From positions 1,027 through 65,026 of the IMG/VR virus record IMGVR_UViG_3300045821_000013: a stretch of DNA of 64,000 nucleotides; one strand, 5' to 3'. The notes under the pieces are model-generated. The model had not been told where the DNA came from. It worked only from the letters and a program-made list of their open reading frames with translations, and made no database searches. The translations under genes and the position numbers were made by a program. Shown here one piece after another: positions 8,091-16,748 of the stretch. This DNA is from a virus (lineage: Duplodnaviria; Caudoviricetes). How positions within the stretch are numbered: position 1 is the first letter of the stretch; every line of letters starts with the position of its first letter.

Positions 8091-8120
8091 GAAAGCGCCG
8101 GGCGAAACCCCGGCGCTTTC
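8091..8120. terminator. Bidirectional terminator between convergent operons
   Basis: gaaagcgccggg/cccggcgctttc inverted repeat. Confidence 0.7.
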
Positions 8121-8121
8121 G

Positions 8122-8400
8122 TCAGACCAGCCTACCAAGTGAGAGCGCATAATCGTATGGGTCTTTATTGTTTTTCCTTGAATTGCACGATTTGCAACGC
8201 AACTCTATGTTCGATGGATCGTGCATCCCGCCTCTGGTTAGCTCCGCTTGCCACGCAGATACGCGCGCTCTTTCGCATTCCGTGCATTGGCCACTACTCG
8301 TGAACCTTGGCGCTATATGCCCAAACTTACATGGCTTCCCTGTGAGATAATGCTTATCCCCAAGCAGCTTCGCCTTTTTCCAACTTGGTTGAAGCAGCAT
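8122..8400 (-). pseudogene. Internally deleted HNH endonuclease remnant
   Basis: N-terminal YLTGKPCKFGHIAPRFTSSGQCTEC joined directly to RGGMHDPSNIELRCKSCNSRK; the usual DH motif before RGG is absent; AT-rich. Confidence 0.6.
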
Positions 8401-8443
8401 GGGGACTAACCTTTGGTTAGAGAAAACGCCCCGTTTTTTATTG

Positions 8444-8779
8444 TCAGGCGTCGATGCTCGCGCGGAACGGAACAGATCGCGCGGGAGGGGCGGGTTGCCA
8501 ACGCGCAAGCCAGTCTCCATGTTCCTGCGCCAGCGCATCGAGGAATCCTCGGTTATCGCCGCTGATTTGGCCGTCCTCCTCATGCGCTCCGTGGACGCGC
8601 CGTGGATTGCACGATGGCGGTAGATTTCCCTGCTTGCGCAGGTGGTGCACGCGGCTGCGAACGTCCCTTGGGTCACGATTGATCGCGGCGGCCGTCACGC
8701 GCGCAAAATCGCCGCGCAGCGTCCCTATGATGATTACGGCGTCCTCTTGGGGCGAGAACCGGCCCTTTTTCTGTGTCAT
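8444..8779 (-). CDS. Myb/GcrA-like HTH protein
   Basis: RFSPQEDAVII...AAAINRDPRDVRSRVHHL. Confidence 0.5.
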   Translation of the reverse strand: MTQKKGRFSPQEDAVIIIGTLRGDFARVTAAAINRDPRDVRSRVHHLRKQGNLPPSCNPRRVHGAHEEDGQISGDNRGFLDALAQEHGDWLARWQPAPPARSVPFRASIDA

Positions 8780-8994
8780 TGCGCCACCAATTTCCGAGCC
8801 GGATGCCCGATCTTGATGTGCGCGTTGAAATGCCGCGTCGGAGATTCCGCCGCCGCCAGGGCGCTGGCTTTCGATCCGTCGACGCCCGAATAAATATAGG
8901 TCGCGCCGTTTTTGAACCGAACATGCAACTCGTTCTCGCCCTCGTCGTGGGCGATGGCGTCAATATTCGATGAGTCCAATTTCTTCCAAAGCAT
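8776..8994 (-). CDS. KTSC domain protein
   Basis: DSSNIDAIAHD...LHVRFKNGATYIYSGV...AAESPTRHFNAHIK. Confidence 0.9.
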   Translation of the reverse strand: MLWKKLDSSNIDAIAHDEGENELHVRFKNGATYIYSGVDGSKASALAAAESPTRHFNAHIKIGHPARKLVAQ

Positions 8995-9982
8995 GGTCAG
9001 GGTTTCCTTCTGTAATTGCCGTGAAATCGGGATTGATTTCACGGTCCTCTAGGAGCTGGTCATTCCAGTCCCATCCCGGCTCGTCCGGAATTCGCACTTC
9101 AACGGCAAAGCCCTCTCCAGCCAGACGATAGGCCAGCCCGAAGGCGGCGCATTGCCCGGCGAAAGTTTTGTCGTTGTCGCCAAAAATGATGATGTTCTTC
9201 GCCGTCGCAGGCGGTTGCCACTTCTGCAAAAGCCCGGCGGTCAAGCAGGCCCATACAGGCACCTTCCAGATGATCGAGGCGCTCAGGCATGTCTCGATGC
9301 CCTCGCCCACGCCCATCGTCTCCGCAGAGGCCGCAAGGCGCACGGCGCCGCCGGCGGGAACCTTCCCCGGCGCGAGCTTGCGGCAGTCATCCAGCGCCGC
9401 CTTGCGGCCTTCGGCGTCGAGATAGGTCCGGTGCAGCGTGAAGCTCGATGCGTCAGGCGAGACGAATTTCGCCATCAAAGCCGGATGAAAGGTCTTGCTC
9501 TCGTCATGGTGGCGATAGGCCGCTTCGCCGACGAATCGAAGCTGCGTCGGCCATGCGCCGCCCAAGTCGCCCGCCACTATCCCCCGGCGAATGAGATATT
9601 TCCCCGCCGCGTCGTAATCCTGCATCCGGTTTGCCCGTTGCCAGGCTGCAACCATGCGCGATTCGTGGTTTTCATCGAACCGCCCCGCCTTCGGAATGGC
9701 GATCGAGGAGGCGCCAATGTGCGGTTCGATCATGACTTTGGCGGTGACAAAATCGCAGGCTTTGAATTTCATCACCAGATCGACGCCGGAACCCGCCCCG
9801 CAATGGCTACAAAAAAACGATCCAGATCCGGCCTTGTCATCGAATCGAAAGCGGTCCTTGCCGCCGCATATAGGGCATGGCGCATGTTTTCCCGACAGCG
9901 CCTTGCCGTCGATGCCGATCAATCCAAGGATATCGCGCCATCGGCCTCGCGCCTGATCGTGGATATTGGCGTGAGCGTTCAT
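8960..9982 (-). CDS. DNA primase (Zn-binding domain + Toprim)
   Basis: HAPCPICGGKDRFRFDD...FFCSHCGAGSG; Toprim GEGIET...IFGDND...WDWND. Confidence 0.88.
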   Translation of the reverse strand: MNAHANIHDQARGRWRDILGLIGIDGKALSGKHAPCPICGGKDRFRFDDKAGSGSFFCSHCGAGSGVDLVMKFKACDFVTAKVMIEPHIGASSIAIPKAGRFDENHESRMVAAWQRANRMQDYDAAGKYLIRRGIVAGDLGGAWPTQLRFVGEAAYRHHDESKTFHPALMAKFVSPDASSFTLHRTYLDAEGRKAALDDCRKLAPGKVPAGGAVRLAASAETMGVGEGIETCLSASIIWKVPVWACLTAGLLQKWQPPATAKNIIIFGDNDKTFAGQCAAFGLAYRLAGEGFAVEVRIPDEPGWDWNDQLLEDREINPDFTAITEGNPDHALEEIGLIEY

Positions 9983-10968
9983 TCGCACGTCCCCCACCCG
10001 CTGCAAGTTGTGTTGAAATCGGCCATCAGCCCCATGTCGAACTGCTTGCCGCCACGCGATGTCCGCGACCAGTTGACGCGGTTACGAACGCCATATTTTT
10101 CAAGGGTTACAGTCTCACCTTCGATATAATTAGGATCGTCGCAGGCGCCAAAAAATGTCGCACACTCGCTTCGCTTTGCCGTGCCGGCGCAAATTGTCTC
10201 CCATTCCTCGATTTTGTCGATGTGTTCGGGGAATCGCGCGGCAATCTCGCGCAATTCGGCCTTTTTCGCCATGATGCAAGGCATACAGCCGACGCGCGTC
10301 ATTCCCTGCGAATAGAGCGGGTTCGGCGCCAAGCCGTGCCGCGCATGGAAAGCGAATACGTCACTCACTTTCCAGTTGATAAGCGGGCGGAAGGCATAGC
10401 AGCGCCAGCCCTCGGCCTCGGTCATTACCGCCTTGCGCGACGAATACGGCGCGAGATTGATGCGCTGGCGCAATTGCAGATATGATCGCGCCAGGCTTTC
10501 CTCGGCCCGGACGCCCTGCCACGAAACGATTGTCGCGCCGGCCCGCGCGAGCGGCCCCGTCACTTGTTCGAACATCGGGACGAGTTTCAATTCGTCCGTG
10601 CAGAATCGCGATTTAACAGAAGGAAACCTCCCCTTGAGCATACATAAGTCGAGGAAGGGGACGCCGGTTGGCGTGAGTAGTTGGATCGCGCGCTCGACCC
10701 GCTCGGCAGGGATGCCATCGGACGGCCATCGGGCGGCAATAAATTTGCGCTTGCGCTCGAAATCCTTTGAGAAATCGGCCTTGACCCATTGAATTTCGGG
10801 ACCGCCGGTTTTGGCCGGCAGGTCGCGAACATAATCTAGCGTCGTCGGGTGTTCGTTCCCGGTGTCGGCAAAGACGGCACGAAAGGGCTTTCCATGCTCC
10901 AGCGCGAGCAGATAGAGCGCCGTCGAATCCTTGCCGCCGGAATAGGATAGAACGCGGGCAATTGTCAT
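9979..10968 (-). CDS. Phosphoadenosine phosphosulfate (PAPS) reductase family protein
   Basis: PP-loop SYSGGKDSTA, FADTG, RFCTDELK, QGVRAEES, RVGCMPC. Confidence 0.88.
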   Translation of the reverse strand: MTIARVLSYSGGKDSTALYLLALEHGKPFRAVFADTGNEHPTTLDYVRDLPAKTGGPEIQWVKADFSKDFERKRKFIAARWPSDGIPAERVERAIQLLTPTGVPFLDLCMLKGRFPSVKSRFCTDELKLVPMFEQVTGPLARAGATIVSWQGVRAEESLARSYLQLRQRINLAPYSSRKAVMTEAEGWRCYAFRPLINWKVSDVFAFHARHGLAPNPLYSQGMTRVGCMPCIMAKKAELREIAARFPEHIDKIEEWETICAGTAKRSECATFFGACDDPNYIEGETVTLEKYGVRNRVNWSRTSRGGKQFDMGLMADFNTTCSGWGTCE

Positions 10969-13607
10969 TCCGCCGCCACTCCCTCTTTCGCCGCCTTTGC
11001 CTTCGCATAGGCGATAGACTTTGCTCGCACCCATCCCCGCAACAGATTGGAGGGTTCAAGCGCCGTCGCATATTTCGCGAACTTCGGCCATGCTCCGGTG
11101 ATGTCTCGATAGCAATGCGCGGTTCTTCCATCGCTCCAGCCAAAAAGCTCCTGCATCCCGCGAATCTCCGCCCACAATTCCTTGCGCGGCATGGCGCCGA
11201 GACGCGATGTTACGTCCATCGGCTTTCCACGCTTGCCGCCGCGCTCCAATTCCGCCAGCGCGCCGTCGCGCTCGACCACGTTGCACTTCGGACGCCGAAC
11301 ATGGCCGCAGGCCGGACACTCGCGGGTTTTGGGCGGAACCAGACAGCCGCAGGCATCGCAGGCTTTTGGCAGGCCGATTTCTTCGATTTCCTCCTTGTCG
11401 GAGCCGCTCGATTTTTTCTTGGTTCCGTCGTCCAGTTCATCGTGGTCGATTTCGTCCACCATGCCGAGCCGCAGCGTCGTGTCGGAATGATCGAGGACGA
11501 GGCAAAAGTCCTTGCCGTCCGCTGTCCGCAGGCCGCGCCCGATGATCTGGCAATTTCCCATCACCGTGACTTTGCCTCGGCGGCGGGTGACGATCGTCCC
11601 ATGCTCGGTTTCGACACACCAAACACGCTCGTCGGTCGCTGGTTTGATTTCAATCTGCGGGCGAGGATTGCGCGCAGTCCCGCCGTTCTTCCCCGTCGAG
11701 GCATACCCACCGCAAGAGCGCCATGATTTGTCGGTGATCGACAGAAAATACATCGGTGTCGGACGACTTGGCCCGTTTTCGCAGCGTAAATTCGCCGTCA
11801 TGCCGTGGATTGCGCACAATGCCTGCAAGCGATCCAGCATCGGCAACCGGGCAGAGCATATTTCCAGCGTCTTCGGATCATAGCCGACGTTGAGCTTTTT
11901 AGAGCCATCGCCGTCCCAAATGCCTTTGAGTAATTCGATAAGCTGCGTCCGAGAAATCTGCATCAATGCTGGCGACAAATCTTTGTCCAGGAACGGCATG
12001 AGATGGCGAAATCCAGTCGTCCCCTCTACCGCTTGATATTCCCCCTTGAACTCGTTGCCGCACATCGCACGACCCATCGAGGCGTGGGCTTTCGGCTTCC
12101 CGGCTGAAAAGTTAAAGCACCAACGTGGGAACCTTTCAGATACAGCAGCGCCAGCAGGCGGCGGCGGGATGCGCCGCTTTGAATAGCCGATACCGCAGCC
12201 CTGCAAGGTCTGTTCAATCCGCTCAATGATTTTCGGGTGGCGCTCCGATTGGCTGATTGCCCCGGACGTATGCGACCATGTCCCGTCCGTCATCATCATG
12301 CCGATGAAATACAACTCGTCGGCAGTCAGAGGCACACCTGGCTGGTTGAAATAAACCGCTGTCGGGAGCTTTGCGCCTCCCTTGCATTTGGCCATTTCCA
12401 GCGCGGTCCCGATACGCCAGCCGCCAGACTCATTCGCACCTTCAAAAATCATCCGGTGGCGATCTGTCACGCGAAAATTCGCGCGCGGCGCGTCATATTC
12501 AACCCACTTTTCTTCGGGCGTCATATCGCGCTCGATGACCGCCAAAACGCGCGACCATCTACCGGCTGCGGTATTGTCGCCATCACAAGAGGCAACGCAG
12601 GCGCCTTCCTTGACCTCGCCTATCCCCTTCCAGCCATGCGAAGTGAGGATTTCTGTTTCAGCGTCGAGGCAATAGAGCATTTCCGATTTGGTCGGCCTGG
12701 CGAGGATGATGCAGCGCACGTCCCAATCAATTCCGGTGGTCAGGCATCCGATATTGCAGACGACTTGCACATCGCCGCGCAAAAGCGCCTTGCCTATGGA
12801 TTCTCGTTCCTCGCGCTCGGTATTGGCGTCGATGTAGGCGACACGCACTTTCGCCACCTCAAACGCATCGTGAACCTTTTGGGCATGGGCGCGATTGACA
12901 CAAAAACACAGCGTTTTTTCTCCCGGCCCTTTTTCAAGCCACGTCGAGACGATATCCGCCGTGATAGATGGCTGTCCCATTGCATCGGCGAGTTGATCCT
13001 CTTGGTAGTCGCCCGCGATCGTCTTGACCTTCGACAGATCCGGATGAGACGGCGCAAAAACACGGAATGGCGACAGGTAGCCTTGGTCGATAAGCTCGCG
13101 CGTCGATGTCGGCTTGAGCAAATCATCCCATTGCAGCGCCATACCCCTCGCCCATGGCGTGGCGCTCAGAGCCACAAACAGTTTTCCAGCCATGGCAGGA
13201 TCGGCCATCCATTTTTTGATGATGTCGTGCTGGATATGCGCCTCGTCCACCACAACCATGTCCGTAATCGGAAACTTCCGTCTTGCCAGGGTTTGGACGC
13301 TGGCAATCTGGATCGGCGCATGTGGCCGGGTCCACGGATGATCGGCCTGAATTATTCCCATGTCCGAAGGGTCAACGCCGTCCTGCACGAACGCCTCGAA
13401 CGTCTGGTTGATAAGCGACAGCGCAGGGACGCAGAACGTGACGCGGTTTCCCTTGCGGCGCGCGCCAGAAACAATCTCGGCGCCGACGCGGGTTTTCCCA
13501 AAGCCAGTTGGCGCTTGGAGGACCGGGCGTTTTTTTCCGGAGCGGATCGACGCCTTGAGCAGATCGAGGGCGAGCGTCTGGTGAGGTCGAAGTGGGCGAG
13601 CGGTCAT
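10965..13607 (-). CDS. SF2 DEAD/DEAH helicase (RadD/YejH-like) with C-terminal Zn ribbon, interrupted by an intein
   Basis: LRPHQ, APTGFGKT, DEAH, LSATP, FCVNRAHA, TTGIDW, QIIGRGLR, CDAC...CPAC. Confidence 0.92.
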   Translation of the reverse strand: MTARPLRPHQTLALDLLKASIRSGKKRPVLQAPTGFGKTRVGAEIVSGARRKGNRVTFCVPALSLINQTFEAFVQDGVDPSDMGIIQADHPWTRPHAPIQIASVQTLARRKFPITDMVVVDEAHIQHDIIKKWMADPAMAGKLFVALSATPWARGMALQWDDLLKPTSTRELIDQGYLSPFRVFAPSHPDLSKVKTIAGDYQEDQLADAMGQPSITADIVSTWLEKGPGEKTLCFCVNRAHAQKVHDAFEVAKVRVAYIDANTEREERESIGKALLRGDVQVVCNIGCLTTGIDWDVRCIILARPTKSEMLYCLDAETEILTSHGWKGIGEVKEGACVASCDGDNTAAGRWSRVLAVIERDMTPEEKWVEYDAPRANFRVTDRHRMIFEGANESGGWRIGTALEMAKCKGGAKLPTAVYFNQPGVPLTADELYFIGMMMTDGTWSHTSGAISQSERHPKIIERIEQTLQGCGIGYSKRRIPPPPAGAAVSERFPRWCFNFSAGKPKAHASMGRAMCGNEFKGEYQAVEGTTGFRHLMPFLDKDLSPALMQISRTQLIELLKGIWDGDGSKKLNVGYDPKTLEICSARLPMLDRLQALCAIHGMTANLRCENGPSRPTPMYFLSITDKSWRSCGGYASTGKNGGTARNPRPQIEIKPATDERVWCVETEHGTIVTRRRGKVTVMGNCQIIGRGLRTADGKDFCLVLDHSDTTLRLGMVDEIDHDELDDGTKKKSSGSDKEEIEEIGLPKACDACGCLVPPKTRECPACGHVRRPKCNVVERDGALAELERGGKRGKPMDVTSRLGAMPRKELWAEIRGMQELFGWSDGRTAHCYRDITGAWPKFAKYATALEPSNLLRGWVRAKSIAYAKAKAAKEGVAAE
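11553..12671 (-). mobile_element. Intein (373 aa) with LAGLIDADG homing endonuclease
   Basis: Begins CLDAETEILTSHGWK; ends VWCVETEHGTIVTRRRGKVTVMGN followed by +1 Cys; LAGLIDADG-like YFIGMMMTDG and LLKGIWDGDG. Confidence 0.92.
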
Positions 13608-14125
13608 GACCGTCCCCCATAGATCACAGCTAAACCATCGGGCGGCGCGCTGTTACTATCCTGTAGAGATTCTACCCTATGGATAGATTTAGAATCCTCT
13701 CCTATCCCTTCCCTTCCTTTCCTTTCCGTCGATACCGATCCACGATCATTCGCCGACAATTCGGAGAATATTCGACGAATTGGCATCGACGGCCCACATT
13801 CAGGCCCCGGATATTTCGCCGGCTGCGGCTTATCAATCTTCTGATGGTGCCATCCGGTAATGTGGAGATAGCCTTTACCATCAACAAGATAGCCTTCGAT
13901 CAAGCCTTCGCGCTCCAGTTCCAAAACCAAGTTTGAAACTTCGTCGGCCGAAATGTCGTCAGAGGGGAAAATCCGCGCCTTGATCGTCTTGACGCTCAGA
14001 GGATGCCGGCCAAGGTCGTCGCAGAAATTCCACATGCCGATGAACAGGAGGCGAGCAATCGGCGAACATTCGACGACTTGTTCGCTCGACCAGAATTCAG
14101 GTTTAATGCTGCGGATACGGGCCAT
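13604..14125 (-). CDS. Phage replication initiator / replisome organizer (winged-HTH N-terminal domain)
   Basis: [15 protein letters not shown]...ARLLFIGMWNFCDDLGR...YLHITGW.HQKIDKP. Confidence 0.75.
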   Translation of the reverse strand: MARIRSIKPEFWSSEQVVECSPIARLLFIGMWNFCDDLGRHPLSVKTIKARIFPSDDISADEVSNLVLELEREGLIEGYLVDGKGYLHITGWHHQKIDKPQPAKYPGPECGPSMPIRRIFSELSANDRGSVSTERKGREGIGEDSKSIHRVESLQDSNSAPPDGLAVIYGGRS

Positions 14126-14247
14126 TATTTTTCCCTCCATTCCGCGAGGGTCTTATCTTTTTTCGATCGGTTGCCATGCGTGGCTATCTCGCGCGCGGCA
14201 GCTAGCCTATCGCTCCTGACCTGCGCCGCCGATCTTTGCTTGCTCAT
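14125..14247 (-). CDS. Small basic ORF (40 aa), possibly a DUF1376 fragment
   Basis: ATGA-coupled upstream and TAATG-coupled to the replication gene. Confidence 0.35.
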   Translation of the reverse strand: MSKQRSAAQVRSDRLAAAREIATHGNRSKKDKTLAEWREK

Positions 14248-14363
14248 TTCCTCGCCCTCGGTTCGATGATGAGAAGGAGATATGCTCCATGCTGGAGCGT
14301 CGTCAGGCGCAATGTCTTGGAAAGGTAATCGGCGATATAAAATGGAAACCATGGGTTTTTCAT
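14244..14363 (-). pseudogene. Truncated DUF1376/YdaU-like replication protein (39 aa; not in the ORF track)
   Basis: [32 protein letters not shown] matches the DUF1376 N-terminal signature, then stops. Confidence 0.7.
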
Positions 14364-14497
14364 CTTGCCTCACTCCCATGGCCGGAGTGAGTATATTCCG
14401 AACCTTTTGTGTTCGGCGTCGACGGTGATAAAATTCGCGTCCAGTCCGAAAACGCAGGCTGGAATCTAGCGCGAATGTTAGGTATAAACGTCGGCAT
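14360..14497 (-). CDS. Putative 45-aa leader peptide
   Basis: Strong RBS AAGGAGG 9 nt upstream of ATG 14497; TGA overlaps the DUF1376 ATG. Confidence 0.45.
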   Translation of the reverse strand: MPTFIPNIRARFQPAFSDWTRILSPSTPNTKGSEYTHSGHGSEAR

Positions 14498-14559
14498 TGG
14501 GACAGACCTCCTTACAGGTGTCCTAGTGGAACCTAGCCTCCGTCAAGGCTTCGGTTTAC

Positions 14560-14601
14560 GGCCCGTCAGGACTGGTCATCCTGGCGGGCCTTTTCTTTTT
14601 T
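14560..14601 (+). terminator. Plus-strand intrinsic terminator opposing the minus-strand operon
   Basis: ggcccgtcagga/tcctggcgggcc stem followed by ttttctttttt; no U-tract on the minus strand. Confidence 0.7.
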
Positions 14602-14632
14602 ACGCCCATGCTTGAAAGGCGTCAAAGGAAAA

Positions 14633-15202
14633 TCATGGCCTCAAATCCATCCGGCCTCGTTGTTTCCGTTCTTCGCTGGCGCCAAACTCGTCGGCGTCGG
14701 CCACAAAGAACGCCCGTAATCTTTCGTGCGGCGCGCCGACACAGCAAGCCGGCAGATTGGCGGCCCCGAAGGCATATCTTGCTGCTTCCATGTCAGCTCG
14801 CACTCCGGCGAGCCATTCACGTCCAAGTGGATTCGTAACCTGTTCTCCAAAGACGACTGGAAAGCGGCGCTTGGTGATGTGGTTGTAAAAAGCGGGCCAG
14901 ATGTGTCGTTTGTCGACATGACCTTGTTGGAGTCCCGCGCTCGAAAGCGGCTGACATGGGCATGATCCGGTCGCCGCTGGCCGCTCGTCGGGCCATCCGG
15001 CGAGGCGGAGCGCGAAGGCCCATCCGCCGACGCCTGCGAAATAGTGGGCTTGGGTGAATCCGGCGACATCGGCAGGGTCGACATCGAGAATAGATCGTTC
15101 ATCAACCTCTCCATCTGGAATGATGCCGGCAGCGATCAAATTTCGCAGCCAGGCGGCGGTGTAAGGGTCGAATTCATTGTAATAGGCCCATGGCTTGGTC
15201 AT
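14633..15202 (-). pseudogene. C5-cytosine DNA methyltransferase, C-terminally truncated
   Basis: Motif I YFAGVGG, IV SCPCQ, VI GEQV, VIII PHERLRAFFVA; stops before motifs IX-X. Confidence 0.75.
14641..15114 (-). CDS. Alternate-frame ORF nested in the cytosine MTase (WPTP-type second polypeptide), truncated
   Basis: 157-aa open frame on the same strand ending CRLAVSARRTKDYGRSLWPTPT. Confidence 0.45.
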   Translation of the reverse strand: MERLMNDLFSMSTLPMSPDSPKPTISQASADGPSRSASPDGPTSGQRRPDHAHVSRFRARDSNKVMSTNDTSGPLFTTTSPSAAFQSSLENRLRIHLDVNGSPECELTWKQQDMPSGPPICRLAVSARRTKDYGRSLWPTPTSLAPAKNGNNEAGWI

Positions 15203-15711
15203 GCCGCATCGCCCTGGCGCTCGCGGACGATCCTGTGCAATTCCTCGAACAGACGCAGCTCGGCGCGCGGAACGAAATACGCAGGCCTGTCGCCGGCAGG
15301 ATCGCGCCAGAACCGTTCCTGCATGACTTGGCTTCCCCAAAGCCATCCAGCCATGAAATAATCGGGCTGCCTGCTCCCATCGACCAGCAGATAGGCCCAA
15401 TGCGGTTTTCCAGTGGACTGCACGACCAGAGAATGATGCTCTCGCTCGATGCCCTTCACGTCGATGAAATCGCCTAAATCCGGAAGATCGCGCACGTCCT
15501 TGTCGACAGAGCAATGCCATTTGATCGGTTTCAGAGCTAGATAACCGGCCGCCTCGGCGCGCGCTCCCATGATATCCATGGCTAGAGCGCGCTGATTATC
15601 GACCATGCAATTGTTGGTCGATTTGCGTCCAAGTTCGATTGCCGCCATCCGGCGCAGGGTTCCAACCTTGTCGGCGAATTTAATGGCGACTTCTTCCAGC
15701 CGGATAATCAT
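15199..15711 (-). CDS. Hypothetical protein, possible PD-(D/E)xK nuclease fold
   Basis: PDLGDFIDVK motif; ATGA-coupled. Confidence 0.5.
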   Translation of the reverse strand: MIIRLEEVAIKFADKVGTLRRMAAIELGRKSTNNCMVDNQRALAMDIMGARAEAAGYLALKPIKWHCSVDKDVRDLPDLGDFIDVKGIEREHHSLVVQSTGKPHWAYLLVDGSRQPDYFMAGWLWGSQVMQERFWRDPAGDRPAYFVPRAELRLFEELHRIVRERQGDAA

Positions 15712-16001
15712 TTCTTGACCGCCTTAGCAATTTCGCGCTCATGCGCCGCCACAAATTTCAAAAGACGCGCTGTAGCCATCAGGAGGCCCATACGCCGCGT
15801 CCACTCATCCCCGGTGCAATCGTAGCCATCGCGGGTCCAGACATGAGCCGACGACGTTCTGCGGTCAATCTCGGCCTCAATTTCCTCGATCAGATCGGCA
15901 ACGGACGGTTTCGGGATGCTTTGCGCATTGGCGAGCGCCTCGTTGACGATGATTTGAGCATCGGAATCGTCTCGCGGTGCGAAGGGCTTGCGGTCAGTCA
16001 T
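15708..16001 (-). CDS. Hypothetical protein
   Basis: Start MTDRKPF at 16001 overlaps the MTase stop. Confidence 0.55.
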   Translation of the reverse strand: MTDRKPFAPRDDSDAQIIVNEALANAQSIPKPSVADLIEEIEAEIDRRTSSAHVWTRDGYDCTGDEWTRRMGLLMATARLLKFVAAHEREIAKAVKK

Positions 16002-16647
16002 AATCGCCAGGGCGTTCAAGCGCCTTGCGGCAAGGCGCGAGCCAATGGAATTGCGTTCTGTATGGCGACGGCTTGCGCCATACCAGCCAGCAATAGGCCG
16101 TAGCGGTTGATCCGCCCTTGTCGAGTCGCCCCTTGAACATCGGCACTCGTTCAACAAATTGGAGAATGTCTGTCGGTGGTGTCTCCGAATAGAGCGAGCG
16201 GAATCGTTCCGCGCTTTCAAGGAAAGCTGTCCGAACAAGCAGCGCGACGCCGCGCTTTGCGACCGATAGGGCCGTTCTAGCGAATTGCTCGCCAAGCCGA
16301 AACGGCGGGTTTGTGATAACCCAATCGCGCGGGGCTTGCCGATGGTGCGGAGGATGTTCCCACGTAAGCAGGAAATCTCCGACGCGGGTTTGCTCCTTGC
16401 CTCTGTGGATCGAATAATCTTTAATATCCGACGCTTCGACCGATTTGAAATATTCGGCGAGAGGCCGCGCCATGTCACATTCTCCGCAAGCCGGTTCCCA
16501 AGCCGTGCGAAGCGCCAATTGCTCTTGCTGGCCTTCCAGCCACTCGCAAAGCGCGCGTGTCGCCCAAGGTGGCGTCGGGAAATAATCGAGCGAGTCGTGC
16601 GCCTCGATGCGCTGCGACATGACCGCGTGAGAAGTGTTTTGCGCCAT
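15994..16647 (-). CDS. SAM-dependent (amino) DNA methyltransferase
   Basis: DYFPTPPWAT, WEPACG (motif I), ASDI, VITNPPF (motif IV). Confidence 0.85.
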   Translation of the reverse strand: MAQNTSHAVMSQRIEAHDSLDYFPTPPWATRALCEWLEGQQEQLALRTAWEPACGECDMARPLAEYFKSVEASDIKDYSIHRGKEQTRVGDFLLTWEHPPHHRQAPRDWVITNPPFRLGEQFARTALSVAKRGVALLVRTAFLESAERFRSLYSETPPTDILQFVERVPMFKGRLDKGGSTATAYCWLVWRKPSPYRTQFHWLAPCRKALERPGDYD

Positions 16648-16748
16648 GGGATTTCCATTTCTTGAAATCCCCCTCCCGCCGGTGTCGCGCGGCGGAAGGG
16701 GAACCTATGCCCGCCAAGTGTTGGGGGGAATGGCAGGCAAACTTTGGA

